A DNA stretch of 64,000 nt. Origin: Candidatus Nomurabacteria bacterium. GTDB lineage: Bacteria; Patescibacteriota; Patescibacteriia; UBA1558; GWA2-36-10. The notes beneath the pieces are model-generated. The model had not been told where the DNA came from. It saw nothing but the letters and a program-made list of their open reading frames with translations, and did no database searches. Both the position numbers and the translations under genes were made by a program. Positions 38,488-47,994 of this stretch are shown in pieces (the stretch's first letter is position 1; each line of letters starts with the position of its first letter). Location: NCBI GenBank assembly GCA_020632415.1, contig JACKFO010000002.1, forward strand, positions 711,918 through 775,917, written 5' to 3'.

Positions 38488-39441
38488 TTATAGTTGTTCA
38501 ATCATTTGTAGGAAAAGAATTTTTTCGTTTACGCTTTCTCTTTTTAGCTTAGCGTCAATTTGCAGGAGGAGTTGGTAAATTTTTTTCAAATCTTTTAGTT
38601 CATAGAATTTACTTTGCTCCAAGGTTTTTTTGGCGACAAAACTATGAATCTTAAGAGCTTGGGAAATAGCAAAAGAATTGTTTATTTTTTCGCTTAATAG
38701 CTTTACTTTGATTAAAATTCTAAACTGTCTAGTAATCATTGATAAAATATAAAGCGCATTAACTCCGCTATCTAGCTGTTGTTCTAATAAGAGTAAAGCA
38801 TTTTTTTTATCTTTTTTTCCGATTAGATCGACTAGCTTAAAAATATTATCATCAGTTTTTGCTTGGACCAATAGCCTGACTTCTGCAGCGGAAATTTCTT
38901 CAGCTTGAGTGAAGTTAATCAATTTGCTAAGCTCTTGTTCTAGCTGCCAGAGATTTTCCCCGACATAAGCCAAAAGTAAATTAAGGGCAGTGGGGTCAAT
39001 TTTTTTGTTTTTGTTACTTAGTTCTTTTTTGATCCAGTTGCTTACTTTGTCAGGAGTAAGTTTTTCAAACTCTTCGGTGTATTTGAATTTTTTTAAAGTT
39101 TTGTATAATTTATTTTTTAGATTTGGCTTTGAAGTTTGCCAAAAGATTAGGTAATTTTCTTCAGTAGTATCTTGTTGTTTTTCTAAATAATTAATCAAGG
39201 GTTCTTCCAGACTCTTTAGTTTTTTATTGTCAAAAATATTTTTGATTACTACTAGTTTTTTGCTAGCCAAAAAACCACCAGCAGTGACAGTTTGAAAAAA
39301 ATCATCCAAATTTAGATTTTCACCATCTAAACTTTCAATACTGTGTCCGCTAGGGTCAACTGTAGTTTTAAACTTTTCTTTGATCGCTGCTATTTTATTT
39401 TTAGCGCGAAAAGAATCTTCACCGTAAAAGAAAAAAATCAT
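38488..39441 (-). CDS. holA: DNA polymerase III subunit delta
   Basis: N-terminal MIFFFYGEDSF...; HolA-like length and helical C-terminus. It is adjacent to polA. Confidence 0.6.
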   Translation of the reverse strand: MIFFFYGEDSFRAKNKIAAIKEKFKTTVDPSGHSIESLDGENLNLDDFFQTVTAGGFLASKKLVVIKNIFDNKKLKSLEEPLINYLEKQQDTTEENYLIFWQTSKPNLKNKLYKTLKKFKYTEEFEKLTPDKVSNWIKKELSNKNKKIDPTALNLLLAYVGENLWQLEQELSKLINFTQAEEISAAEVRLLVQAKTDDNIFKLVDLIGKKDKKNALLLLEQQLDSGVNALYILSMITRQFRILIKVKLLSEKINNSFAISQALKIHSFVAKKTLEQSKFYELKDLKKIYQLLLQIDAKLKRESVNEKILFLQMIEQL

Positions 39442-39443
39442 AA

Positions 39444-42164
39444 TTAAATTTTTTCTAGACTATTCCAATTTTTACCAAGCTCAAGGTCAACGACCAAAGG
39501 AACGCTGAGTCGATAAACTTCCTCCATGGTTTTTTTGATGAATTTAGCTACTTTTTTTGCCTCAGCCTCTGGAACTTCCAAGACCAATTCATCGTGAACC
39601 TGTAAGACCATCTTAGAGTCTTTGCTAATCTTTGGCAAGTCACGACTTATTTTGATCATTGCTAATTTTAGTAAATCTGCTGCTGTGCCTTGCAAGGGCA
39701 TATTGATCGCCATTCTTTCCGCAGAAGCAACTAGCATGGGCATAGAGGAATTAATTTCCGGTAAATATCTACGTCGACCAAAGATGGTTTGGGCGTAGCC
39801 ATATTGATGAGCAAATTTTTTGGTTTTTTCGATATAGTCTTTAATTTTTTTGTAGATTGTAAAATATTTCTCGATAAAGTTTTTGGCCTCTTGGCGGTTC
39901 ATATCTGTTCGCTGGGAAAGTCCCAATGAGCCTAGGCCATAAAGGACGCCAAAATTTACTTCTTTAGCCGTGCGACGAATATCTTTGGTCACATCTTTTA
40001 GATCAATGTTGTGAATTTCGGCAGCGGTTCTAGCATGAATGTCTTCGCCATTTAAAAAACTTTCGGTCATTTTTGGATCTTTAGAAATTGCCGCAGCCAG
40101 TCTCAGTTCAATTTGCGAATAATCAGCAGCAAGTAATAAATAACCCTTTGGCGCCACAAAAGCTTGACGAATTTTGCGACCAAGTTCCGTACGGATTGGA
40201 ATATTTTGTAAATTTGGATCAGAAGAAGAAAGTCTACCAGTAGCGGTGATTGTTTGGTTGTAGCTGGTGTGGATTCTTTTGTCTTTCGGATTTACTAGTT
40301 CTGGCAAGGCTTTGATATAAGTTGATTGTAGTTTACTTAATTCTCTGAATTCGATAATCAAAGGAATGATCGGGTGCTCTTTTTTCATTTTTTCAAGTTC
40401 TGAGGCTGCGGTAGAGAGTCCGGTTTTAGTTTTTTTGATTCCTTTGCTTTGGATTGCTAGTTTTTCAAAAAGAATTTCTTTGAGCTGAAGAGGCGAGGCA
40501 ATATTAAATTCTTGGCCAGCAATCTGATAAATTTTTTTTGTTAACTTTTTAAGCTCTTGAGCAAATTCTTTTTCCATCTTTTTTAAAAATGGAATATCTA
40601 AGATAATTCCCTTTAGCTCCATTTCAGCCAAAATAGGAATCAAAGGAATTTCCATCTTAATCAACAGTTCATAATTTTTCTTTTCCTGACTTTCTGGTAA
40701 TAATTTTTGGTATAGACGCCAGGTAATGTCAGCGTCTTCAGCGGCATACCAGGCTAATTTTTCTTCAGGGATTTCGCTAATCTTAATTTCTTTTTTGCGA
40801 GATTTTTCTTCTTCTGGTAACAAGTCAGCGAGTTTTAATTTTTTATAACCCAAATAAGCAAAAGCTAATTCTTCTAACTTTAAGCCACGATCAGGATTGC
40901 TTAAATAAGCAGCCAACATTGTATCAAAGGCAATGCCGCGCAAGCTAATATTTAAAACTTTTAAGACTTTATAATCAAATTTTAAATTATGTCCAACTTT
41001 GGCAATTTTTTCGTTTTCTAAAATTGGCTTTAATTTCTCTAGAGCATATTTTTGAAAATCTTCATTTTCTAGTTGGACAAAATAAGCTTCTTCTGCCTGC
41101 CAGGAAAAAGAAAGGCCAATAATTTTTTCTTGCAGAACATCGAGTCCAGTGGTTTCGGAGTCTATGGCAAATATTTTTTGTTGAGCTAAAATTTTTAAAA
41201 ATTGATCAAAAGATTTTTTTTCTTTAATTTTTTGATATTTTTCTTTTGCGGTATTTATTGTTTGATGTTGTTGAATGGCTTGTTTTAGTGGGATTTTATT
41301 TAAGAGAGAATTAAATTCTAATTTTTGAAAAATTTGATAAACTTCTTCGGCATCAAAATCACCAAATTTTGCTTGTTCTAAATTCCAGTCAAGTTTCAAG
41401 TCATTGACAATTGTTACCAGCTCTTTACTGTCCAGAGCTGCTTGATGGTCGGCTTTTAGTAGTTCTCTAGTTCGATCTTTTATTTTTGGGCTATCGATAT
41501 TTTGATAAATATTTTCGACTGAGCCAAATTCTCGGATTAAATCACTAGCTCCTTTTTGGCCAATTCCCTTAACGCCTTTAATGTTATCAGAAGAGTCGCC
41601 CATCAAAGCCTTGAGATCGATAATTTGTTTTGGTTCTAGATTAAATCTTTCTCTGACAGCTTGAGGGTCATAAATCATTATTTCGTTGAAGCCTTTTTTT
41701 AAGGTTACTACTTTGACGCGGTCGTTGACTAGTTGTAGAGCATCTAAATCTCCAGTAACAATATAGACTTCGATATTTTTGTGTTTTTCATAGACTTCTT
41801 TGGCGATGCTGCCCAAGACATCATCAGCTTCAAAGCCGCCTTTAGATAAAACGGGGATTTTGAACGTAGCCAAAACATCTTCAGCTAGAGGAATTTGTTG
41901 ATAAAACTCATCAGCTTGTTTGACTCGCTGGGCCTTGTAAGTTTCGGTTTTTTTATGACGAAAAGTCTCCTCAGCCAAGTCAAAGGCAGCTAGCATATAA
42001 TCAGGCTTTGTTTCCTTGATAATGTTTAAGATCAAAGAACTGAAGCCAAAAACAGCATTGACCATCAAGCCTTCTTTATTATGTAAAGGAGGGACAGCGT
42101 GCCAGGCTCGATGCAAGAGCGCATGGGAGTCGATAATTACTAATTTTTCTTTTTTATTAGCCAT
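39444..42164 (-). CDS. polA: DNA polymerase I
   Basis: 5'-3' exonuclease N-terminus (IIDSHALLHRAWHA), a 3'-5' exo-like middle and polymerase motifs (RRTAKEVNFGVLYG, QVHDELVLE). Confidence 0.95.
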   Translation of the reverse strand: MANKKEKLVIIDSHALLHRAWHAVPPLHNKEGLMVNAVFGFSSLILNIIKETKPDYMLAAFDLAEETFRHKKTETYKAQRVKQADEFYQQIPLAEDVLATFKIPVLSKGGFEADDVLGSIAKEVYEKHKNIEVYIVTGDLDALQLVNDRVKVVTLKKGFNEIMIYDPQAVRERFNLEPKQIIDLKALMGDSSDNIKGVKGIGQKGASDLIREFGSVENIYQNIDSPKIKDRTRELLKADHQAALDSKELVTIVNDLKLDWNLEQAKFGDFDAEEVYQIFQKLEFNSLLNKIPLKQAIQQHQTINTAKEKYQKIKEKKSFDQFLKILAQQKIFAIDSETTGLDVLQEKIIGLSFSWQAEEAYFVQLENEDFQKYALEKLKPILENEKIAKVGHNLKFDYKVLKVLNISLRGIAFDTMLAAYLSNPDRGLKLEELAFAYLGYKKLKLADLLPEEEKSRKKEIKISEIPEEKLAWYAAEDADITWRLYQKLLPESQEKKNYELLIKMEIPLIPILAEMELKGIILDIPFLKKMEKEFAQELKKLTKKIYQIAGQEFNIASPLQLKEILFEKLAIQSKGIKKTKTGLSTAASELEKMKKEHPIIPLIIEFRELSKLQSTYIKALPELVNPKDKRIHTSYNQTITATGRLSSSDPNLQNIPIRTELGRKIRQAFVAPKGYLLLAADYSQIELRLAAAISKDPKMTESFLNGEDIHARTAAEIHNIDLKDVTKDIRRTAKEVNFGVLYGLGSLGLSQRTDMNRQEAKNFIEKYFTIYKKIKDYIEKTKKFAHQYGYAQTIFGRRRYLPEINSSMPMLVASAERMAINMPLQGTAADLLKLAMIKISRDLPKISKDSKMVLQVHDELVLEVPEAEAKKVAKFIKKTMEEVYRLSVPLVVDLELGKNWNSLEKI

Positions 42165-42264
42165 ATTTCTTCTTTGATTTTAGCATTTTTACCCAAGAAT
42201 TGAAAGTTGCTCTAGACTTGAAAAATATGTCAAAATCTGTTAAATTTTAGTAGTTATTTTTTAG

Positions 42265-42338
<74 letters not shown>

Positions 42339-42697
42339 GAGACTAGAGTTTTTTAAAAAGACTCTTTTTTTGTTAAAACAAAAACCCTGTCAGGGTTTCC
42401 AACAGAGCTTGCTATTTTAGTCCGTATTGTTTGAGATTGTGATTTTTGTTTGTATGCATTTTATTCCCCAGTGGTTTAATCAGAGAATGGTGAATAAAAT
42501 AGCTACTAACAATACCCAAGACAAAAGGACTGACCAAAATCATTTCTGGCATATTTTGTTTTTGCTTTTAATGATAACCTCCTTTAAATGTACGAGAGAA
42601 TCATTGTAGCACAAATGAAAAATTTTGTCAGGGTTAAATTTGTGGATAATTTTTTAAAAACAAAAAAACAGCGTTTTAAGCTGATCTTTTAATAATA

Positions 42698-42783
42698 TGG
42701 TACCGGCGATCGGACTTGAACCGATACGGCCAAAGGCCACAGGATTTTAAGTCCTGCGTGTCTACCAATTCCACCACGCCGGC
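42698..42783 (-). tRNA. tRNA-Leu (anticodon TAA), type II, CCA encoded
   Basis: Reverse-complement anticodon loop ctTAAaa and a long variable arm ggcc-ttt-ggcc. Confidence 0.75.
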
Positions 42784-42817
42784 ACAATAAACAACAATCC
42801 CGAAAATCGAGATAAAC

Positions 42818-42894
42818 TGGAGCGAGTGACCGGACTCGAACCGGCGACCTTTTCCTTGGCAAGGAAACGTTCTAGCCAACTGAACTACACTCGC
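42818..42894 (-). tRNA. tRNA-Gly (anticodon GCC), CCA encoded
   Basis: Reverse-complement anticodon loop ttGCCaa and acceptor gcgagtg/cactcgc. Confidence 0.75.
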
Positions 42895-42958
42895 ATTAAA
42901 TTAAAATGAACATAAGTATTATACTGAAAAATGACAAAAAGTCAAGGATGAGGAGCTC

Positions 42959-43762
42959 TTATATTTTTAGTTTGTTTAGTTGATTTTTGAGTGTCTGATG
43001 GATTTTTTTGTTAGCAGCTAATAAGGTTTTTGATTTTAAATTCCATTCTTTGCCTTGAAAGTCAGTGACCTTTCCACCGGCCTCACGAATTAAAATTATT
43101 CCTGCTGCAATATCCCAAATCTTTGCTTGCGCTACTATCAAGGCCTCGGTATTGCCGGCAGCCACCATGGCTAGTTCTAAAGTTGTGCTGCCAAAGTGTC
43201 GGCAATCACGCGCAACTTCATGAAAGTGTTCGTAAACTTTGTAAGCTTGTCGATGAGTCTTTAGGGTCTGTCCATGACAGTAAGTAATGAAACTTTTTTT
43301 CAGTAAATTAATTTCAGAAACTTTAATTTTTTTATTGTTTCTAAAGGCGCCAGCCCCAGAAACAGCATGGTACAACTCGTTTAAAACAGGCATGTAAGTC
43401 ACACCCAAGACAATTTGATCTTTATAAAGCAGACTAACCGAAACAGTAAACAGGGGATTGTGAATCGTAAAATTACTAGTGCCATCCATTGGATCGATAA
43501 CCCATGAATAGTCACTACTTTTATTATTCTTGCCACTTTCTTCAGACAAAACAGCGTAATCGGGAAAGTTTTTGTTTAGAATATTTAAAATAGTGCCTTC
43601 AGATTTTTTATCGCACCAAGTGACAATTTCATCGTGTTTTTTGTAAGTTGCCTTACCGCGTTGCCATTTCTTAAATTCTTTTTCCAAAGCTTCGCCAGCT
43701 TTGATTACGGCTTGTTTAACAATTTTTAATTCTTTTTGGTAGTTCATTTTTATGCTTGACAT
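42959..43762 (-). CDS. Inositol monophosphatase family protein (SuhB-like)
   Basis: WVIDPMDGTSNF and IMPase-like length. Confidence 0.75.
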   Translation of the reverse strand: MSSIKMNYQKELKIVKQAVIKAGEALEKEFKKWQRGKATYKKHDEIVTWCDKKSEGTILNILNKNFPDYAVLSEESGKNNKSSDYSWVIDPMDGTSNFTIHNPLFTVSVSLLYKDQIVLGVTYMPVLNELYHAVSGAGAFRNNKKIKVSEINLLKKSFITYCHGQTLKTHRQAYKVYEHFHEVARDCRHFGSTTLELAMVAAGNTEALIVAQAKIWDIAAGIILIREAGGKVTDFQGKEWNLKSKTLLAANKKIHQTLKNQLNKLKI

Positions 43763-44274
43763 TTATTACTTGTTCCACAATTATAGCTGCAGCAATCAGA
43801 ATCAGAGGAACATCCTGAATCATTTGCCACACAAGATTGACAAAAATCTACGCCATCGTTATGTTCAAAACATTTTTCATCGGTACAAACAATTAGTTCA
43901 TTTGGATTTGATGTTTTTTGAATTTCTAGACAAAATTTTTGTTTTTGGTAATTTGATCTTATTTTTCGATAAGAATAATTTTCTATAGTTGGCCAACGCC
44001 AATTATTCAAAAAATTATAGCAAAGAAATTCTGGAGGCGTCGGAACACTTAAAGAACATTGAAGCCCTGTGCATTGTAAATTTGCACCAGAGTCTAAACA
44101 CAAAATAGCTTCGGTTTGCAGAGCTTTGATCTCTCCTAGTGCAGCGGCATTTTTAGCATCTTCGCGTGCTGAATTTAAATTGATTACCGCCACAGAAGAT
44201 AGTATGCCAATAATTGAAATTACTACTAATAATTCCACTAAAGTAAAACCTTTTTTGTTTTTCTTTTTGATCAT
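43750..44274 (-). CDS. Type IV pilin (prepilin) with a Cys-rich C-terminal domain
   Basis: Class III leader MIKKKNKKG|FTLVELLVVISIIGIL. The start at 44274 abuts the upstream stop. About 13 Cys in the last 90 aa. Confidence 0.7.
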   Translation of the reverse strand: MIKKKNKKGFTLVELLVVISIIGILSSVAVINLNSAREDAKNAAALGEIKALQTEAILCLDSGANLQCTGLQCSLSVPTPPEFLCYNFLNNWRWPTIENYSYRKIRSNYQKQKFCLEIQKTSNPNELIVCTDEKCFEHNDGVDFCQSCVANDSGCSSDSDCCSYNCGTSNKCQA

Positions 44275-44780
44275 TTTATTTCGTTTAATAAAATTAACCT
44301 TGCTTTGAGAGTGGACATTTCTATTATAGCAAATGTTGGGGCACAACGGATATTGGCAACATTGCCAGAGTTTAAAATTTTGGTTTTTTCCCAAATTTGT
44401 TCCCAAGGTTGATGAGTGTGTCCGTGTAGAGCTAAATCGTATTTAATTTTTGATTTTGCAAATATTTTTTTTAAGGTTGTTGGGTAATGAGTGAAAATGA
44501 TTTTTTTATTCTCAATTTCTGCTGTGCCGACATTAGCAAATAGTTTTATATTTTTTAGTTGTTTTTGTAAATTTTCAAAACCTAAAATATCGTGGTCAAC
44601 ATTACCAAATACTGCCCAGGAAGGAATTTTTAATTCATCTAATAAAAGCCAAGCTTCTAAACTTTGAACGTCGCCAGTACAAATCAGATAATCTATTTTT
44701 TCTTTTTTGATTAGTGCCAGGGCTTTGTTTAGATTAGGAATGTTATCATGAATGTCAGAAATGACAGCGAGTTTTGACAT
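44271..44780 (-). CDS. Metallophosphoesterase (YfcE/MJ0936-like)
   Basis: DIHDN...GDV...GNVDH...HGHTH calcineurin-like motifs. Confidence 0.7.
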   Translation of the reverse strand: MSKLAVISDIHDNIPNLNKALALIKKEKIDYLICTGDVQSLEAWLLLDELKIPSWAVFGNVDHDILGFENLQKQLKNIKLFANVGTAEIENKKIIFTHYPTTLKKIFAKSKIKYDLALHGHTHQPWEQIWEKTKILNSGNVANIRCAPTFAIIEMSTLKARLILLNEIK

Positions 44781-44793
44781 AACTATATTATAG

Positions 44794-44836
44794 CAAAAAA
44801 AGTGAAAACCCCGCCATCCTTGTCGGACGACGGGGC
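44794..44836 (-). terminator. Rho-independent terminator of the GC-rich hypothetical gene
   Basis: ccccgcc...gacgggg hairpin followed on the minus strand by a T-run. Confidence 0.5.
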
Positions 44837-44846
44837 AAATTGCTGT

Positions 44847-45248
44847 TCAGCCTCTAAGTAGAGCCATGATCCTTCCCATTGCTGCGAGCTCGTCTTCTCC
44901 CTTGGCCTTGATCAAGGGGAAGAATGACCGACAAAAACGAGTATGGTTGTCGTTCCACCAAGAATCAACAAAGCCGTTGAGCATATTTCTCGCGCAAGAT
45001 GTTTTTTCTTGCTCGAATAAGCTAAGGCAATACAGGACTTCCAAGATGAGCAACTTATCGATTTCTTCGGCGCTGATTTCTACCCCTTCTTCTCGGAGCA
45101 CGTCTGCGCTTTTGAAGTACACAATTAACTGTAAAAAGCCGAGGACGTTTTCTCGATAGTTTAGAGCGCACCTTAAGCCGAAGTATTGCTCTTGGGTTTT
45201 TCTGTCAAAGGGATCGCTGATGACTAGCTCTATCTCGTTGATCTTCAT
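44847..45248 (-). CDS. Hypothetical protein in a GC-rich island
   Basis: 133 aa; SD GGAGG 8 nt before the ATG; GC about 48%. Confidence 0.45.
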   Translation of the reverse strand: MKINEIELVISDPFDRKTQEQYFGLRCALNYRENVLGFLQLIVYFKSADVLREEGVEISAEEIDKLLILEVLYCLSLFEQEKTSCARNMLNGFVDSWWNDNHTRFCRSFFPLIKAKGEDELAAMGRIMALLRG

Positions 45249-45322
45249 TGCTTTTTCCTCCCCTCAAAGGTGCTGTGTTTAGTCAAAAATTACCTTATCA
45301 TTTCTCAGATTTTTGGTCAAGA

Positions 45323-46531
45323 TTAGAAATATTGTTGAGGCTTTAAGTCATCTGGCCAGTGTTGCTGATTTTTAATGTCCTCAGATTTTGAGTCAGGAGC
45401 ATATTTATAGCCTTGTCCATAGCCTAGGTCTTTCATTAGTTTACTTGGGGCATTGCGTAAGACTAAGGGCACGCCTAAGTGACTGGTTTTTTGAGCATCT
45501 TGAGCGGCTCTTTGGTAAGCAGCGTACAAAGCGTTAGATTTTTTGGTTTTAGCAAGATAGATGACTGCTTCGGCTAGAGCAAGTTTACACTCTGGCAAGC
45601 CAACAAAATGAACCGCTTCCTTGGCAGCAACAGCAAGTAGTAAAGCATGGCTGTCAGCAATTCCGACATCTTCAGAGGCAAAGCGGATTAGACGTCGGGC
45701 AATGTACAGTGGATCTTCACCAGCCTCCAGCATTCGGGCTAGCCAATAAAGCGCTGCATCAGGATCAGAGTCGCGTAAGCATTTGTGTAGGGCCGAGATA
45801 ATATTGTAGTGTTCTTCACCATTTTTGTCGTAATACAAAATTGAACTATGAATCGCTTCTTTGATCACTTTTTCATTAATTGTTTTAGCGGTGGTATTGG
45901 TCGCTATTTCTAAGGCAGTTAATAATTTACGAGCATCACCTTGAGCAAAGTCTAATAAAATATTTTTTGCCTGATCGTTAATTTTTATTTTTTTAGAACC
46001 TAAGCCGCTTTCTTTATCTTGTAAAGTAAGATCCAGGATTTTTTCTAAATCTTTTTTCTTTAAATGTTCTAAAGTTAAAACTCGACAACGAGAAAGTAGA
46101 GCGGAATTAATACTAAAAGAAGGATTTTCAGTCGTTGCTCCGATCAAAATCAAAATGCCTTTTTCAACATAAGGCAACAAAACATCTTGTTGAGCTTTAT
46201 TGAAACGATGAATTTCATCCAAGAATAAAATTGTTTTAGTTTGAAAAAAGTTTAAGTCTTGTTCCGCGGTTTTGGCTAACACTTTAATTTCTGGTACACC
46301 AATTAAGACTGCGCTGCTTTCAATAAAATTTGCTTTGATATTTTGAGCGATAATTTTAGCTAGAGTAGTTTTTCCAACTCCTGGTGGTCCCCAAAAGATC
46401 AGAGAATTCAAAGCTTGATTGGCTAGCATTTGGCTTAAGATTTTTTTGGGGCCCAAAAGATGCTCTTGGCCAACGTATTGTTCAAGTTTGCTTGGGCGCA
46501 TTCGATCAGCTAGGGGCTGGTTATTACTCAT
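45323..46531 (-). CDS. rarA: Replication-associated recombination protein A (MgsA)
   Basis: AAA+ Walker A GPPGVGKTTLAKII. Confidence 0.9.
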   Translation of the reverse strand: MSNNQPLADRMRPSKLEQYVGQEHLLGPKKILSQMLANQALNSLIFWGPPGVGKTTLAKIIAQNIKANFIESSAVLIGVPEIKVLAKTAEQDLNFFQTKTILFLDEIHRFNKAQQDVLLPYVEKGILILIGATTENPSFSINSALLSRCRVLTLEHLKKKDLEKILDLTLQDKESGLGSKKIKINDQAKNILLDFAQGDARKLLTALEIATNTTAKTINEKVIKEAIHSSILYYDKNGEEHYNIISALHKCLRDSDPDAALYWLARMLEAGEDPLYIARRLIRFASEDVGIADSHALLLAVAAKEAVHFVGLPECKLALAEAVIYLAKTKKSNALYAAYQRAAQDAQKTSHLGVPLVLRNAPSKLMKDLGYGQGYKYAPDSKSEDIKNQQHWPDDLKPQQYF

Positions 46532-46559
46532 ATAGTTTATCTTAGCAGATTTTTAGCAA

Positions 46560-46592
46560 ACAAAAAATCCCCAATTTCTTGGGGATTTTGTG
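46560..46592. terminator. Bidirectional terminator after tig
   Basis: Stem aaatccccaa/ttggggattt, loop tttc, T/A runs on both sides. Confidence 0.6.
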
Positions 46593-46596
46593 GTTT

Positions 46597-47877
46597 TTAT
46601 TTAACGATTTTGTCAGTAATAAATTTAACGATTTTCTGGTTGGTTAAAAAGTTATTTAAATATTGACGGTAGTTAGGAGTTTTAATGTCTTTTAAGGCTT
46701 GAGGATTATCTTGGTAACTTAGTTCTTGTTTCTTGACTTCGGTATCAATTTCTTCTTCAGTGGTTTCTATTTTTTCAGTTTCAGCCAATTTTCTTAAAAC
46801 CAAAGAAGCTTTGATTCTTTCCTCAGCTTGTGGCTTGAATTCTTTTTCTAAGTCAGCGTGAGTTTTGTTGATTGACTTTAGGTAGCCGACAAAATCCATG
46901 CCTTGTTGTTGGACGCTGTGTTGTAATTCATGAATCATTTTATGAATTTCAGCATGAATCAAACCTTCAGGAAGATCTTCGACGGTACTTGCTTTGACCA
47001 CTGCTTCAATCGCTGCTCTTTCTAAACGTTGTTGTTCTTTTGCAGATTTTTCTTTTTCAATATTTTCAGTGATTTGTTTTTCTAAAGCTTTTAAATTTTC
47101 AAAACCAATATTTTTGGCAAATTCGTCATTGAGCTCTGGTAAAGTTCTTTCAAAAACTGTTAATACTTTTACTTTGAAAGTAGCTAGTTTTCCAGCTAAG
47201 TTAGTTTGAAAATATTTGTCAGGAAATTTTAAGTCAAATGTTAATTCATCGTTAGCTTTGCTACCAACAATTTTCTCTTCAAAGCCAGGAATCATTTTTC
47301 CTTCTCCCAAGACTATTGGATATTTAGAGCTTTTACCACCCTCAATAACTACCTTGTCAATTGAAACTTCAAAATCAAGCTCAACCTTATCGCCGTTATT
47401 TGCTACGCGGTCAACGACAGCTTCTTTGACCTGCATTTCTTGTAAATGTTTGTAAGTTTGCTCTAAGTCTTTTTTTTCAATTTTAACTTCATTTTTTTTG
47501 ACCTCAGCTTTTTGCCAGTCACCCAAAACAACTTCTGGTAATAAAGAGACAGTAGCTGTATAGACGATTGGGTTGCCAGGAGCAAGCTTTTCTACTTTGA
47601 TATCTGGTTGGCCAACTGTTTCTAATTTTTCTTTAGTCACTGCTTGATAAAAAGTTTGGCTTAAAATTTCGTTTAAAGCTTCTTGCCAAATAGTCATTTC
47701 TCCTAGTTTTGCTTTGATTAAGTCAAAAGGAGCCTTGCCGGGCCTAAATCCTGGAATAGAAGTTTTGCTGCTCAAGCGAGAAGCGGTTTTTTCTAGATGA
47801 GGCTTTATTTCTTCCAAAGAAACTTCAATTTTTAATTCCAGCTGATTTTTACTTAGTTCTTTTTTCTCAATTTTCAT
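46597..47877 (-). CDS. tig: Trigger factor
   Basis: N-terminal ribosome-binding region with GFRPGKAP, a central FKBP PPIase domain and a C-terminal arm. Confidence 0.9.
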   Translation of the reverse strand: MKIEKKELSKNQLELKIEVSLEEIKPHLEKTASRLSSKTSIPGFRPGKAPFDLIKAKLGEMTIWQEALNEILSQTFYQAVTKEKLETVGQPDIKVEKLAPGNPIVYTATVSLLPEVVLGDWQKAEVKKNEVKIEKKDLEQTYKHLQEMQVKEAVVDRVANNGDKVELDFEVSIDKVVIEGGKSSKYPIVLGEGKMIPGFEEKIVGSKANDELTFDLKFPDKYFQTNLAGKLATFKVKVLTVFERTLPELNDEFAKNIGFENLKALEKQITENIEKEKSAKEQQRLERAAIEAVVKASTVEDLPEGLIHAEIHKMIHELQHSVQQQGMDFVGYLKSINKTHADLEKEFKPQAEERIKASLVLRKLAETEKIETTEEEIDTEVKKQELSYQDNPQALKDIKTPNYRQYLNNFLTNQKIVKFITDKIVK

Positions 47878-47931
47878 GTGATTTTGATCAAGGATAAAGT
47901 AGGGGGATTATAGTCAAAATGTGCTTTTTTG

Positions 47932-47972
47932 TCAATGAAAAAGACCCGGACGCACCAAGTGGTGGCCGGGTC
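47932..47972 (-). terminator. Rho-independent terminator of the GC-rich island gene
   Basis: Stem gacccgg...ccgggtc followed on the minus strand by a T-run. Confidence 0.55.
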
Positions 47973-47994
47973 AAAGATTGTGCAATCAATGCAA

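Noticed and set aside
42676-42879. 67-aa minus-strand ORF
   Set aside because: It lies entirely within the tRNA-Leu and tRNA-Gly genes and is spurious.
44275-44406. Upstream extension of the type IV pilin ORF (MGTNLGKNQ...)
   Set aside because: It overlaps the phosphoesterase gene. The prepilin leader MIKKKNKKG|FTLVELL begins at 44274 directly after that gene's stop.
44866-45159. 97-aa plus-strand ORF inside GC-rich island 2
   Set aside because: It is antisense to the longer minus-strand ORF, which has a GGAGG SD and a terminator. The plus ORF has neither.
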